This document shows positions 25,893 through 37,900 of a stretch of DNA of 54,964 nt, piece by piece. Position numbers and translations under genes: made by a program. The stretch is from Chromera velia (taxonomy: Eukaryota), in assembly GCA_018398765.1 (NCBI GenBank), contig JAHBMJ010000175.1, positions 1-54,964 of the forward strand, read 5' to 3'. The notes under the pieces are model-generated. The model did no database searches. It saw only the letters and a list, made by a program, of their open reading frames with translations, and was not told the DNA's origin. Every line of letters begins with the position of its first letter. Positions within the stretch are counted from its first letter, which is position 1.

Positions 25893-26618
25893 CTTGACCG
25901 GGCGCAGGAGCCGAAGCCAAATGATAATGCACGTACAGAGCTTGAAGGAACATTGACGTACGTGCATATGCTGAGAGCAATTCGATCACATGCAATTATA
26001 GTGCATGCATTTGAATTAAGCTTACATGTATGTATCAGACTGAATATACAATAGAGAACAAAGAACAAAAGAGAGAACGAGAGCAAAGGTCTGGACTCTC
26101 AGTTCCTCTCATGTAAGATAAGCTAAGCCGGACGTTAAGGTACGCTAGCCTTAACAGTATTATATCTAGTGTTATGTACTACAAAATTATGTAAATATGT
26201 TAGTATTGTTTACGTCGATCTTTTAATGCCAATTACTGCTTATCATAACACTAGGCCTAAGCTTAAAGCTATAAATATAGATGTACATACAAAAATAATG
26301 GATTTACTTTTAATATCATAATTACTAGCATAAGTATAGTCATATAATGGATTAATGTGAAGTATCCTGCGCAATTAAATTAGATTGAATATACAAAGTT
26401 TAATAAAAAAAGCTTTATAAAAATCTAAGTAAAAATACAATTCTATACTGTATGACAGCTAATGACAGCTAAACTGATAGGTGGTATTAGCAGGGGTTTC
26501 TGGCTCCAATTAAAGCTAATGCATGGGGTAGAAAAAACAAAGAAAATAATAATAATAATGCATCTGTTTTCTAATTTGAAATACATATTAAGAATCTATG
26601 CTAGTTTGAATGTTTTCG

Positions 26619-29390
26619 TTAAAAAAGAAGGGGCTTCGCGATCTGAGCTCCTACCGATCCGACTCTTGAACTATCGAGTCTCCATTCCAGAAGACGAGAC
26701 ATACGTGTTCTCTTTTGTCTGTCAGCTTCCTGCCGAAAGTCAAGGTAGAAAGCCTTGGTGCCCCTTTTTTGGTTAGTCGGGCCTACAGAGGAAACGACTC
26801 CCTCTTCTACGAGTACTTCTTGGGGGATCAGATAGAAGAATCGCCACTGTTCCCGAAAATCACCAAGCGGCTGCACATTCCTCCCTGTAGATGCCCAAAA
26901 AACCGCTGATTCCCCGTGTTTGCTGCAGTTTTGGGGGGGGCCGACGAGAAGAAAATCAAAGTCCCCTTCTTCGTAAGGGTGCCGTTTCCCTCTGACCCTT
27001 TTCTGAGACGGTACATGGGCACAGTTTCTCGAAGGGACCATGAGAGAGCTCTTGAGCTGCACCCTAAATCATTTCGCTTTCACACACCCACTAAGTCGAA
27101 TCTCTATGTCATAAGGAAGCGAAGGACAAAGAGCTTCCCGGACCTCTAACCCCCCAGGCACGGTCTCGAAAAGCTCCAAACACTTCTGGAGCATTCTCCA
27201 CTCAGTCAAGTGCGCAGGACCCAACTGAGTCTGCAGTATATGGAGGGGTTGCAGCTTGCATAAGCTCCTGCCTTCACGTGCCTCGTACCAGGTTGACTGC
27301 AACACCTGTCCTACATGCCGGGAGTGAGTCAAATTCGACCCAAAGCTACATCGAAACTCTTCTCGGTCATGCTTTCCCCCCACCGTCACCCGAATGTATC
27401 GGAGATGTGCAATATGGTCAATGGGAAAAATCCATACCCTTGGGGCGTCCTGCAGATCTTTCTGGAGAGAAATGCAGACAAACAACATCCCGTCGTAGTT
27501 TTTCTCCTTCTCAAAAAGACACGTCGGCGATGCCCTCCCTTTTCCCACGACAGGAGGTTGAAGACGTGTGGCCGATTTGACCTGCACTGGCAACCACAGG
27601 TCTTCTGGGCATCCCAGCGGCCGGACTGCAAGGTCGGCCCGTGCGAAGGGGGGGAGAGGGACAGAAGACTCTTCGAGTCCCCTGAACCCACCTGCTGCTT
27701 GGAGACTGGTGCGAAGGAGTGACACGGCACTGCGCTCTGTTTCCCACCAGTGATGACTGCGCCTTACGACGGACTTAGTGTTTGAGGGGACTTGTCCCTG
27801 GGAGTCGAAAGTCGTGATCTTCCTGACTTGACCAAACGCAGGAATACTTCTGCTGTGTTTTCCTACGGTTAGAGGAATCGAAGCCTCTAACGCGTTTCGA
27901 TTCTCTCCTTTAAATGAAAGAGACTCTGCCTGCCGCCCTCGCTCAAAAGACAGCACTTCGGCTATCTGTTTTCCCGCCAGATGAAGATTGAAGGTGTCAA
28001 TCTTCCACTTGTGGAGACGGGCGGGGCGGCCTCTGCACTGTTCAGCGGTTTTTGTTGAAAAGTCAAGGGTGATGGTTTGCAAGCCTTTTTGGGTTCCTTC
28101 ACGCGACGAGACTATCCCATCTCTCACGAGCTCTTGAGTGGGTATGAGATAAAAGAAACGCCACCGGTCCTCCTCGACATTACTTGACATGCTGCTTCTT
28201 CGGTCTATCGATTTCGCCGTTTCATTTTGTGGGGGACTGACCAGGAGAAAATCAAAATCTGTTTCACTGTACGGGACTGATCCCCACACAGGCTGCCTTT
28301 TCGTACTTACGTAGCCTAGACCGCAACGCATTTTCTGAACACTGTATGCACTCTTCAGCTGCACCCTTACCCACTCCGTCCAGGTGGCAAGGCGGAGCTC
28401 GATGTCGTGTGGAAGGGTCGGGCAAGGGGCATCCCGAATTTGCAGCCCGCAAGGAACATTTTCGAACAAGCTTCTGCACTTCTGCATCATGGTCCACTCT
28501 GCAAGATGTGTCGGACTCAATTGAGTCTGGAGAGTCTGCAGATCTTGAAGTTTGTAGGAGCTGTTGCCTAAGCGAGCTTGATTCCAGACAGCGAAGAGAA
28601 TCTGACCGACATGGCTGTCATCCATGCAGTCAGGGCTCAGGCTGCACCGATTCTCCTTCTTGTCGTACTTGCCCCCCCCCGTGATCCCCAACCATCCTGG
28701 CTTTTTTAGCGTATTGAATCGATCTCCCGGGAAAAGCCAGGCTCTTTCAGTGAGGGGAAGTGAGCCCTGCGGTACAAACATGCAGATAAGAGCCATCCCC
28801 TCGTACCCCGACACTTTCTGAAAGTGCCAGAGGGGAGACCGTCGCCTACCTTCCCGAACATCAGTGTACACTTGACGTGATGTGGACTTCACCTGCACAG
28901 GCAGCCACTGGTCTTCTGTGCACCCTGTGGGTCTCACCGCCAGGTCAGCATGTGCAAACGGATGCAAGGGCAGGGGCGGCTCTTCAAGACCCTCAAACCC
29001 ATCTGAGGCCTGAAGGCAGTGACGGAGTCGTGAGACAGCAAAACTCTCGATCTCACGCCTCTGGCGCAGAGACGGCTTCTTCCGCTTGGTGTTGTTGTGT
29101 ACCACTGGCGAGCTCACTGACAGTGCAGGCGTCGCATCTTGGCCGGCCAAAGTGCTCCCCCAGGAGGGAGCGTTGAAAACTTGGTGCAAGTCACTTTCGG
29201 GGAAGGTAGACGGCTTCCGACTGGCACTCCAATGACGAAGACCCCAAACTCTCGAGACGCTTTCGGTAGAGGGTCCCAATAAGGAAAATATGCGTGTGCA
29301 CGCGCACGGTCGACGTGTCTGAACATGGAGTCCGAGACGAAAAGAAACGAACCAGGAAAAACTTTGTCGGAAAGGTGCAGTTGAGATCAT
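26619..29390 (-). CDS. Intronless protein with four tandem PD-(D/E)XK-like endonuclease domains, (AB)2 architecture; one in-frame TGA (possible recent pseudogene)
   Basis: Track ORFs 27069-29450 and 26619-27062 are in the same frame, separated by TGA at 27069-27071. The four E...D...QxK cores are ADLAVRP..WLPVQVKST, HDIELRL..WVRVQLKSA, ADLAVRP..WLPVQVKSA and YDIEIRL..*FRVQLKSS. The B domains share DFDFLLV and FFYLIP. The first ATG is at 29390. Confidence 0.75.
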
Positions 29391-30859
29391 TTTTGCACAG
29401 TCATACACATGCAGATATTTAGTGGGAAAGAACTGTCGGACTTCGGCCAACAGTCCTCTGTCAGAATCCCACTGAAAGGAATCCTACACAAAGGAAACCA
29501 CAGGGTGGCTATAATTCTCAGAATCACTGAAAGCGAAATCGACGGTCGCAGGGTGCTGAATTATCGAGCTGCAGACTGCACTGCAGACTGATTACAGAGA
29601 CTGCATGGTCCTGAAACTCCAGGGAAGATGCGGGCCCGTCTCACTGGATTTCTCAACAACTCTGCTTCAACAGCGTGTCAGATGACGCAGACCCTCTGCA
29701 CTATATATTCCGCAGTGCACGCACAAGGCATATCAATGAGTAACTTAGCTATAGGCATTGTATCATATGTTCAGGCGCATTGAGATGGGCTGATGATCGC
29801 TGATGGACCAGGCCTGGCAGGCCATTCTAGCTATCAATAATTGATCATGCAATATAGTACCATGCAAGTACGTATATATATACATGTATTGCAGTGTTTT
29901 TTTTTGTATATACATGTATTGCAGTGTTTTTTTTTGTATTATAATTTCAGTCAATTAAAAAAATTAATTGCAGTGTTGCATCGTTATATGGAAGGTAAAG
30001 CGGAGCGAAGCGGAGTCGGAGCCGCGTTCCAGCGGAACCCGGAGAGCGCGGGCGCCGCCACAAATAGATAAGCAGGAAAAAAGAAAAGATAGTCTCCTTC
30101 CCCTTCCGTTTCTAAGATTGGGGGCCCTCAAGGAAAGGTAAAGAAACGATAGCCCGTATTGTCAGTTAGCAGTCGTGGATCGATTTACGATACTGTAGAT
30201 CGTTCGTACTCTAACTCTCAGCAGAGACCCAGACTGCACGCGCGAGGCAGATAGAAACGGTCAACACTGATTCTCACCAAAGCAAACGACCCATACTGTC
30301 CTTCTTGCAAGGCGGTTGGTAACGGTCAACGCTGATTCTCACTATACATGCAAAGCAACCGATTCAAACTTTTGACAGTCGATCGGAGTGCGCTCACTAC
30401 ACTGCCAGGACCCATACGGACCCCCTAGCGGACCCTACTGCAGGTCCGTTGGTATCGGTCGCAGCTGACTTCTACACGCTTCTACACGAGTCGAAACCGT
30501 CAAAGTCCCACGGCTTTCACTCATTTACATCTCACCATACCTCCAATCCATGCGGGTGCAAGCTTCACTGCAAGTCTCGCACCTCGCTACACTATGCCCC
30601 CAAAGTCTAAGAGCGCGGCGGCAAAGAAGAAAACCAGTCAGTTCACAAGCTTGTCCCATTGTGTCCCAAACCTGTGTTCCCTCATGTGCCGTCTCCTCCA
30701 GTCTCTATCGGTTTTTCAACCGCTCCGCTCTCCATGTGAACTTGCAGATGGGCCACAACTCATGTATATGTTACCAACATGAATTCCCGAGGAATTAGTG
30801 CCTATTCATCAGACAGGCGACTCAAACAAGGCACAGACTGAGTGACCACATCGAGTTGC

Positions 30860-33030
30860 CTCCATTCACGTACCTGACTGCCGTCTGACGCTCGGCCTTT
30901 CTGTATGTGTTGCAGTGTAAAGTTCGTTCTTTCTGCGTGCCTGACTGTCGTCTGACGCTCGGCCTTTCTCATGCTTTGCCATCAGAGTTCGATCAGAGTT
31001 CGACCTTCTGCATGTGTGCCTACCGTCTGACGCTGGACTAATTTGTGTGCAAGACCGCCCCGCAGAGTTCGTTCTTCCTGCGTGCCAGGCCCTGACTGTC
31101 ATTTGACGCTGGACCATTCTGCATGTCTGACTGCCGTGCAGAGTTCGATCTTTCCGCATTCCGCATGTCGCCGCATGTGTGCCTTCCTTGATGCACGACC
31201 ATTTGCGTACGTGCCCAACCGCTGTGGAGAGTTCATTCTCTTGCATGTGTACCTGCCATCTGACGCCCAACCTTTCTTCGTGCCTGACTGTCGTCGACTG
31301 CTGTGCAGAGTTCGTTCTTCATGTATGCATGACTGCCGTCTGACGCTCGACCTTTCTGCATGCCTGCAGTGCAGAGTTCTAAGCAGAGTTCGATCTAAGA
31401 CTTCCTGCATGTGTGCTTGCCATCCGACACCCAACCATTCTGCATGCCTGAGTGCGGTGCAGACTTTGTTCTTTCTGCATCAGTACCTGCCGTCTGACGC
31501 TCGACTATCCTGTATGCCTGACCGCCGTGCAGAGTTTGTTCTTTCTGCATGTATGCCTGCCATCCGACACCCAAACTTTCTCCATGCTTGACCGCCGTGC
31601 AGAGTTCGTTCTTTCTGCATGTGTGCTTGCCATCTGACACCCAACCTTTCTGCATGCCTGAGTGCTGTGCAGAGTTTGTTCTTTCTACGTGGATGACTGC
31701 CGTCTAAAGCTAGCTCGACCTTTCTTGTGCCTTACTGCCGTAAAGAGTTCGATTTCTGCATGTGTGCCTGCTATAATATCCTGCCATCCGACACCCAACC
31801 CTAGGAGGCAGCACATCTGGTGTGTATACTAGATTTTGGAGCTGATATGACCAAAAAAAGTGAAAATTTCATTCGGTTTTTTAGTAACAAAATATTTTTC
31901 AGGTGCGGCTTGACAAGTTACTTCCAAAGAACACAAAATTTTGGTGTGGGTTATTCGTTTTGTTATAGGTTACAGGGGTTAAATACATGTCGCTTCGTGA
32001 TATTACGGGTTACTTGGTTAGAGGTTATTTTAGGTCAGTAACCATCATTCAAAGTTCATCTTAAAAAGTGTTTAAAAGTTGTTTAAAACATGTTTGAAAA
32101 CCTTATAGTGGATGGTTACTCAATTTTTATGAGGGGTCAAAAATGGTTACGGGTTACTCGGTTAGAGGCCTGTTTATCAAATATTGAAGCGACACATCAA
32201 AATCATGCAATTGTTTAAGAATCATAAAGTGTTTCAACATGTTTCAACCTTTTTAAGATGTTTTTAGAAGTAACTTAAGCTAAACAATTGATTGGCACCA
32301 CTTTTAAAGTGCTGGGTGATCGATATATAGGGGAGGAGGTACTAAAATTATGCACTAAAAAAAAATAGTAACCATCTTGGAGTGCTGCACCCTAGACCCG
32401 ACCTTTCTACGTGCCTAACTGCATGCGGTGCAGACTTCAAGTTGGTTCTTTCTGCATGTATGTCTGCTGCCTGATACTCGACCATTCTGCGTGCCTGACC
32501 GCCATGCAGAGTTTGTTCTTTCTGCATGTGTACCTGTCATCCGACGCCCGACTTTCCTGTGAGCCTGACTGCCGTGCAGAGTTTATTCTTTCTGCGTGCT
32601 TGACTACCGTCTGACGTTTGACCTTTGTTATGTCTTACTGCCGTGAAGAGTTCAAATTCTGCATGCGTCTGCATATGTGCCTACCAGACGCTGGACCTTA
32701 CGACATGCCTGACGGCCATACAGAATTCGACGTTCTTTCCGCGTGGATGACTGCCGTCTGACGCTCAAACTTTCTGCCTACCTAACTGCGGTGCAGACTT
32801 CGTTTCTTCTGCATGGGTGCGTGCCACCTAACGCTCGGCCTTTCTGCATGCCTTGCCATCAGACTTCGATCCTCTTGCATGTGTGCCTGCCGTCTAACGC
32901 TCGACTATCCTGCATGCCTGACTGCGGAGCAGACTTTTGCTCCCTAACTTTCCTCCTTCTGTATATGTGTGTCTGCCATGATCTGATGCCCGACCATTCT
33001 GCGTACCTTGCTGTGCAAACTTCGTTGCTG
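30860..33030. repeat. Degenerate ~70-bp tandem array inside the split-repeat element
   Basis: Recurring consensus ~GTGCAGAGTTCGTTCTTTCTGCATGTGTGCCTGCCGTCTGACGCTCGACCTTTCTGCATGCCTGACTGCC, interrupted at 31801-32395. Confidence 0.85.
31801..32395. mobile_element. hAT-like MITE (595 bp, AT-rich)
   Basis: Imperfect TIRs CTAGGAGGCAGCAC / GTGCTGCACCCTAG, an 8-bp TSD ACCCAACC (31793-31800) / ACCCGACC (32396-32403), and internal GGTTAC/GTAACC motifs. Confidence 0.7.
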
Positions 33031-34966
33031 ACACTGTTTAGCCTCAAAGTTTCTTGATAGACACAGAAAAGTATATAGTAACTGCCGGAGGCACCTCTTT
33101 ACCTACTCTTCCTTCACCACAGGAAGACACACACCGTCAAAATCTTACTGCTTGATCTCTCCGCTGCGGACAAGTATGCATAAGTGACTATACTAGTACA
33201 AACTCGCTTCTGCCCCTTGCCTGTCAATCATACGGCATTCAATTTAGTAAATACGACAGCGATACACGTCGACTGTACACAAACCGATACAAACATTTCT
33301 ATGTTCAGCTTCTTTCACCAGGTAGCTGCAAGTTAAGACACTGTCAGTCGAATGTCAGTTGATCGTCGATTGATTAAGGTTACGATCCAGACTGCATGAT
33401 ACTCTTTAAGTACATAGGTGTGACGTACGATTCATATTCCCACAATAAGACGCGGCCAATCAAAACTTAAATGTTTCGATTGGATCACGATGCGGAGGCA
33501 GTGTTCTCCATACAGGCCACCCCCAAAGCAGACTGTGAATATGATCATCATTTTCGTTTGTACTTATACTATTGTTTAAACAAAGTAAATTTTTCAGTTG
33601 TTTAAACCAATTCATCAACAAATTCCTATATTAGTACATGCAGCTTACATTCAAAGCTTATATGTATTGCGTTTTCGATTTGCTATTCTTTTTTAATATA
33701 TTATAGACGTTCTATTAAACAACGTTTAATATGAGCGTCTACACAAATAAAAAAAATATAGCTCATCTCAGACTAAGGGCCCTGCGTATCAGCATGGGAG
33801 CCGGAGAAGACCGGACTACAGTGACTAGGCAAACGTCGGCAGTAAATTAAAGTATGACGAGAATTTTCTGCCGCGCGTTTGCGTCTAGTCCCGTGGTCCT
33901 TACAGCTTCTCGGGAGAGAACTCCCCGCCAAGACGTACAAAAGCATTTCACGGGTCCACCAACCTAGTAAGTTTTAGCAAGCTAAGCTAGCTCGAAGGCC
34001 TAGAGCTAGAATGGAAGGTAAAGCGGAGCGAAGCGGAGTCGGAGCCGCGTTCCAGCGGAACCTGGAGAGCGCGGGCGCCGCCACAAATAGATAAGCAGGA
34101 AAAAAGAAAAGACAGTCTCCTTCTCCTTCCGTTTATAAGATTGGGGGCCCTCAAGATCCCTCAAGGAAAGGTAAAGAAATGATAGCCCATATTGTCAGTT
34201 AGCAGTCGTAGATCGATTTACGATACCCTCCCTCCTACCCTTCTTTGACTCTTCTCTTTGTTCAAATACACTGCTCGGTTAGTGACTCAGAGGCCCAATT
34301 AGGGTGATAAACTATTCCGTATCAGTGCTGTTTAGTGCTGTTGTAAGAGAAGAGCAAAGTTATAGGAGGAGCCGGAGGAGACCAGACTACGGCGACTAGG
34401 CAAACGTCGGCCCACCAGCCTAGTAAGCTTCAGCAAGCTAAGCTAGCTCGAAGGCCTGGAGCTAGAATGCATGTTGCATGAGACTCAATCGACTCAGCGC
34501 ACGTGTGCGCGCGCGTGCAGGGCCGCGCATACATACATGGGCCGGGTATATATATGAGCTGCGGAGACGTGGATACATATAGTAATGATATGCAATGATC
34601 GAATCAGTCAAGGGATTTTCAAGAGCCACGTACACCTTCCCATGTTGTCCCAAGCATCTCGAAATGATTGGGAATGCAGCATGTATGAAAAAAACCCTCA
34701 ATCATATCATTAGGGAGGCATATGGAGGCACAATATTAAGAAGTGGAAGGTTAGCCTTCAAAGAAAGTGAACTGCATAGTTTGCATGCATGTGCTTTTTC
34801 ACCCGCAGCAGTAGCGCTATTCCAGCTTGAGAGGATTCGCACACTACGGAAGGTCCGCAGGCTGGTTGCTTATGAATTTCTTCGTTTATTTATTTCTGTT
34901 ATTTTCATTGTCTGATTCAAAGCTTTCTTTTTTCGTAGTACCAAGTTTTCCTTTTTTTCTCGAAGG

Positions 34967-37900
34967 TTGCCGTGCATGCTGCACGACAATAACAGGGCCC
35001 GTGAAAATGGGCTCATAGCCGGGCTTTACAGAACCTTCCTAAAAGCTCCTCAGCAATTGAAGCTTTCAAACGCAGAAGATCTAGCTTACTTGAAACCATC
35101 TCGTGTAACCGTCTTTGACGTACAGAGTGCTGGAAAAACAACTGCTGTTGAGCTCCTGATTGGGGAGTAACAACACAGCCAGTGTTAGCCACCCGCTGTC
35201 CTGTGATGTACATGGTCAAGCACTCCCAGTACAAAAAGATAACCTACACACTTGATTTGCCTAGCTTAGGGGCATCAGAAGGATACGCACGAGAAGATTT
35301 GGAGGACGTGGGTACGATGGTTTCTCGTCTGGAGAGCCACATGAAGGAGTCTCAGATCAAGAACATGGAGCCGTCCAAGTGTTCTGACAAAGTTATCACC
35401 CTGACCATCACGTCTCTTTCCCCAGACATCATCCTCATTGATATGCCTGGAATCATTCCGAACCCTGGTGCAGGTCAACAAGATGCAGCTGCTGCTGTGA
35501 AGCACATCAACGCTAAGTACGCTTGGATGACGGACTGCGTACTCATCATCGTGCTGAAGGCAACCGAGAACATGCCAACTTGAAACATATCGATGAGGCC
35601 TTCAAGAAGCTAATAGATGGGGTCGACGGGAGCCCTCGTGATCATTACATGAAAGACTCCATCTTCATCATCAATAAAATGGACATTCAGATGCAGTCAA
35701 TGAGACGGTATAAGAGTGCTTCCGCCTATTTCATAAAGGCGAAAGAGCAGTTCGGCGAGGGCCGCGTCTTCATCACTGCTCTTGATCCCGGTGCTGTTCA
35801 TCACGCACTCAAAGAGGCCAATAAAAACGAGCAGGCCAAGTTCAAGGCTTGGTTGAAGGACATCGAGATGCTCTCTGGAAGGAAGCTGGATGCTGCCTTT
35901 CTGAAGACTGTCGCCCTGTACAACGCGCGCGACCCCATCCGTGAGGCCTGGATGCCTACATTCTTACAGACCCTGGTCGAAAAGCTCATGCTCGTCAAGA
36001 ACAACTTATCAACTCTGCGCAACCGTCTGGAGATCATTAACAAAGAGATCGACATTTAAGACCCTGTAAAGTGAAAAAGGCTTATGCGACAACTACTCCG
36101 TGACTTCTTCAAGGCTAGGTGGCCGTACTCCAGATGCTTCCCCTGCTTTAGCTATGTCTCTTAAAATGTTATAGATAGAATATGAAGAAACCATTAAAAC
36201 TAGCATGTGAAATAGATTTTAGAGCATCATGTTGGGCTAGTTAAAACTTTGTTTTTCAAATGTTGGGCTATGTTTTTATCCCCCCCAGCTCTGTCGCCGG
36301 GTTTTGTTGGGCTTAATAGGGTCTGTTGGGCTCTGTTAGGCCTGTTGGGCGGTGCTCAACAGTACAAATGGCCCAACAGCAGCCTAACATCACTTTAAAG
36401 TGCACAACAGACATTGTAGAGCCTTTTAGACCAATTAAAAAGCACGCAATCAAAAAGAACAAAATTAGAGGTCAATGTTGCTTCAATATGAGCTTTATAC
36501 TCTTTATTAAACGTAAAAAATGGTTGTTTAAAAATGAGCCACATTTTTTAGAGATTAAAGGTCTTAACACCGCCCCTCACTTTCAAACAACGATTTTATA
36601 TGTTCTATAAAGAGTATAAAGCTCATATTAAAGCAATATTTAGCTTTAATTTTGGTTATCTTGATTGCATGCTTTTTAGTTGGTCTAAAAAGCTCTACAA
36701 TGTCTGTTGTGCACTTTAAAGTGATGTTAGGCTACTGTTGGGCCATTTGTACTGTTGGGCACCGCCCAACAGGCCCAACACAGCCCAACGCCCAACAAAA
36801 CCTGGCGACATGACATCGTTCAACTTTGAGACACCACAATGTAGCCCAACATCATGATTGCACAGATATAAACCACCCAACATGATTCAACATGATGTGC
36901 TTTATTTGGTAGTTTCAGCCGTTTATGTATATCAATCATTTAGGTTTCTATTCAAAATGACCGAAATTGGGGTAGAATTTATATATAAGACCAAGTGTGG
37001 CCCCCTAGTCTTCAAGGCGTTTACATACGTTCACAAAGCACGTCATTGCGGTGAACACGGCAAAGCGTATCGATGTTAGTCAGATCAGCCATTCATTAAG
37101 CAAATCGTCTTCCTTTCCCCTTCTCTTTCGACTTCCTGCTCTTTGTTTGGTTCCTTTCTGTTTGTTCTGTACCCCACTTTCCTTCTTTCCCCTCCTCACC
37201 GTCGGCTCTTCACTTGACAATGTGAGATCCATAACCATTTTGCCTTTCTTTGGTGACGATCCTTTCCTTCGTGTCTATGCGTGCTGTCTCTGCAGTCGGC
37301 TGATAGCTGTCAGAGTTTCTATGACCCGGACAAGTACGGGCGGACGCTCGAGTAGGACATCTGCCTATCTCCTGTACAGTCCGAAGGTGATGTATATAAA
37401 TGGGCTGAGAAGTACTACAAGCCCACTGAAAAGGGCGGCATGACTCTGTTGGCTGTGCAGGGTCTCAAAGACGATGAGCACTTAATGACAAAGAAGGATG
37501 AGAAGTATTTGGGAGACTTTGCCTTCGCCAGGATGGTCGCATTCTTCCAGTTGCAGTGCCGCAAAGCGGATATGTTTACCAACGACCTATTCAGTAACAA
37601 TCACATCAAGGCAATGACGAGGTCAGTTCAGTCGCGCCCCCCTCTGGTACCTCTGCTCCGCTCTCGGCCTCCGAAACCGTTTTCTTTCCTGCTTGTTCTC
37701 TTTTCTCCTTCGTCTGTGGAGCCAAAGGGAACTGAGACCCAAACACTAAAAAAGTAGAATATCAGGGTGTTGGTTTCTTGCTCACTTCCCATTTCGGGCT
37801 GCGGTTTGTCCATTAGAGTTTCTAGTTTCTGCTTGTCAGCTTTTTGACCAGATCAGCTGTTCTAGATTTCTCGAGCGAATGAAAGAGAGCAAAGGAGACG

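Larger units (their letters stand above)
17663..26156. mobile_element. Solo LTR (~293 bp) of a second LTR family, split by the copia insertion
   Basis: Removing the inner element rejoins TGTAGCAC...(17663-17696) with 25898-26156 ...CCTTAACA. The joined unit has TG...CA ends and an identical 5-bp GTATT on both flanks (17658-17662, 26157-26161). Confidence 0.7.
29988..34469 (+). mobile_element. Non-autonomous element with split direct repeats A1-B1-A2-B2 (Ngaro/PAT-like tyrosine-recombinase retroelement layout)
   Basis: A1 29988-30193 matches A2 34011-34226. B1 33797-34013 matches B2 34368-34469, which lacks ~110 bp internally. ATG occurs at the left end, the B1/A2 junction and the right end. 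No RT or YR ORF was recognised. Confidence 0.65.

Noticed and set aside
17273..26521. Possible outer hAT element with CAGTGGCTTTAA / TTAAAGCTAATG ends
   Set aside because: Only a 10/12 match in AT-rich DNA, with no TSD.
30860..33030. 70-bp array as CRISPR-like or as a Cys-rich repeat protein
   Set aside because: Whole units are homologous and degenerate, with no repeat/spacer alternation, and no frame stays open across the array.
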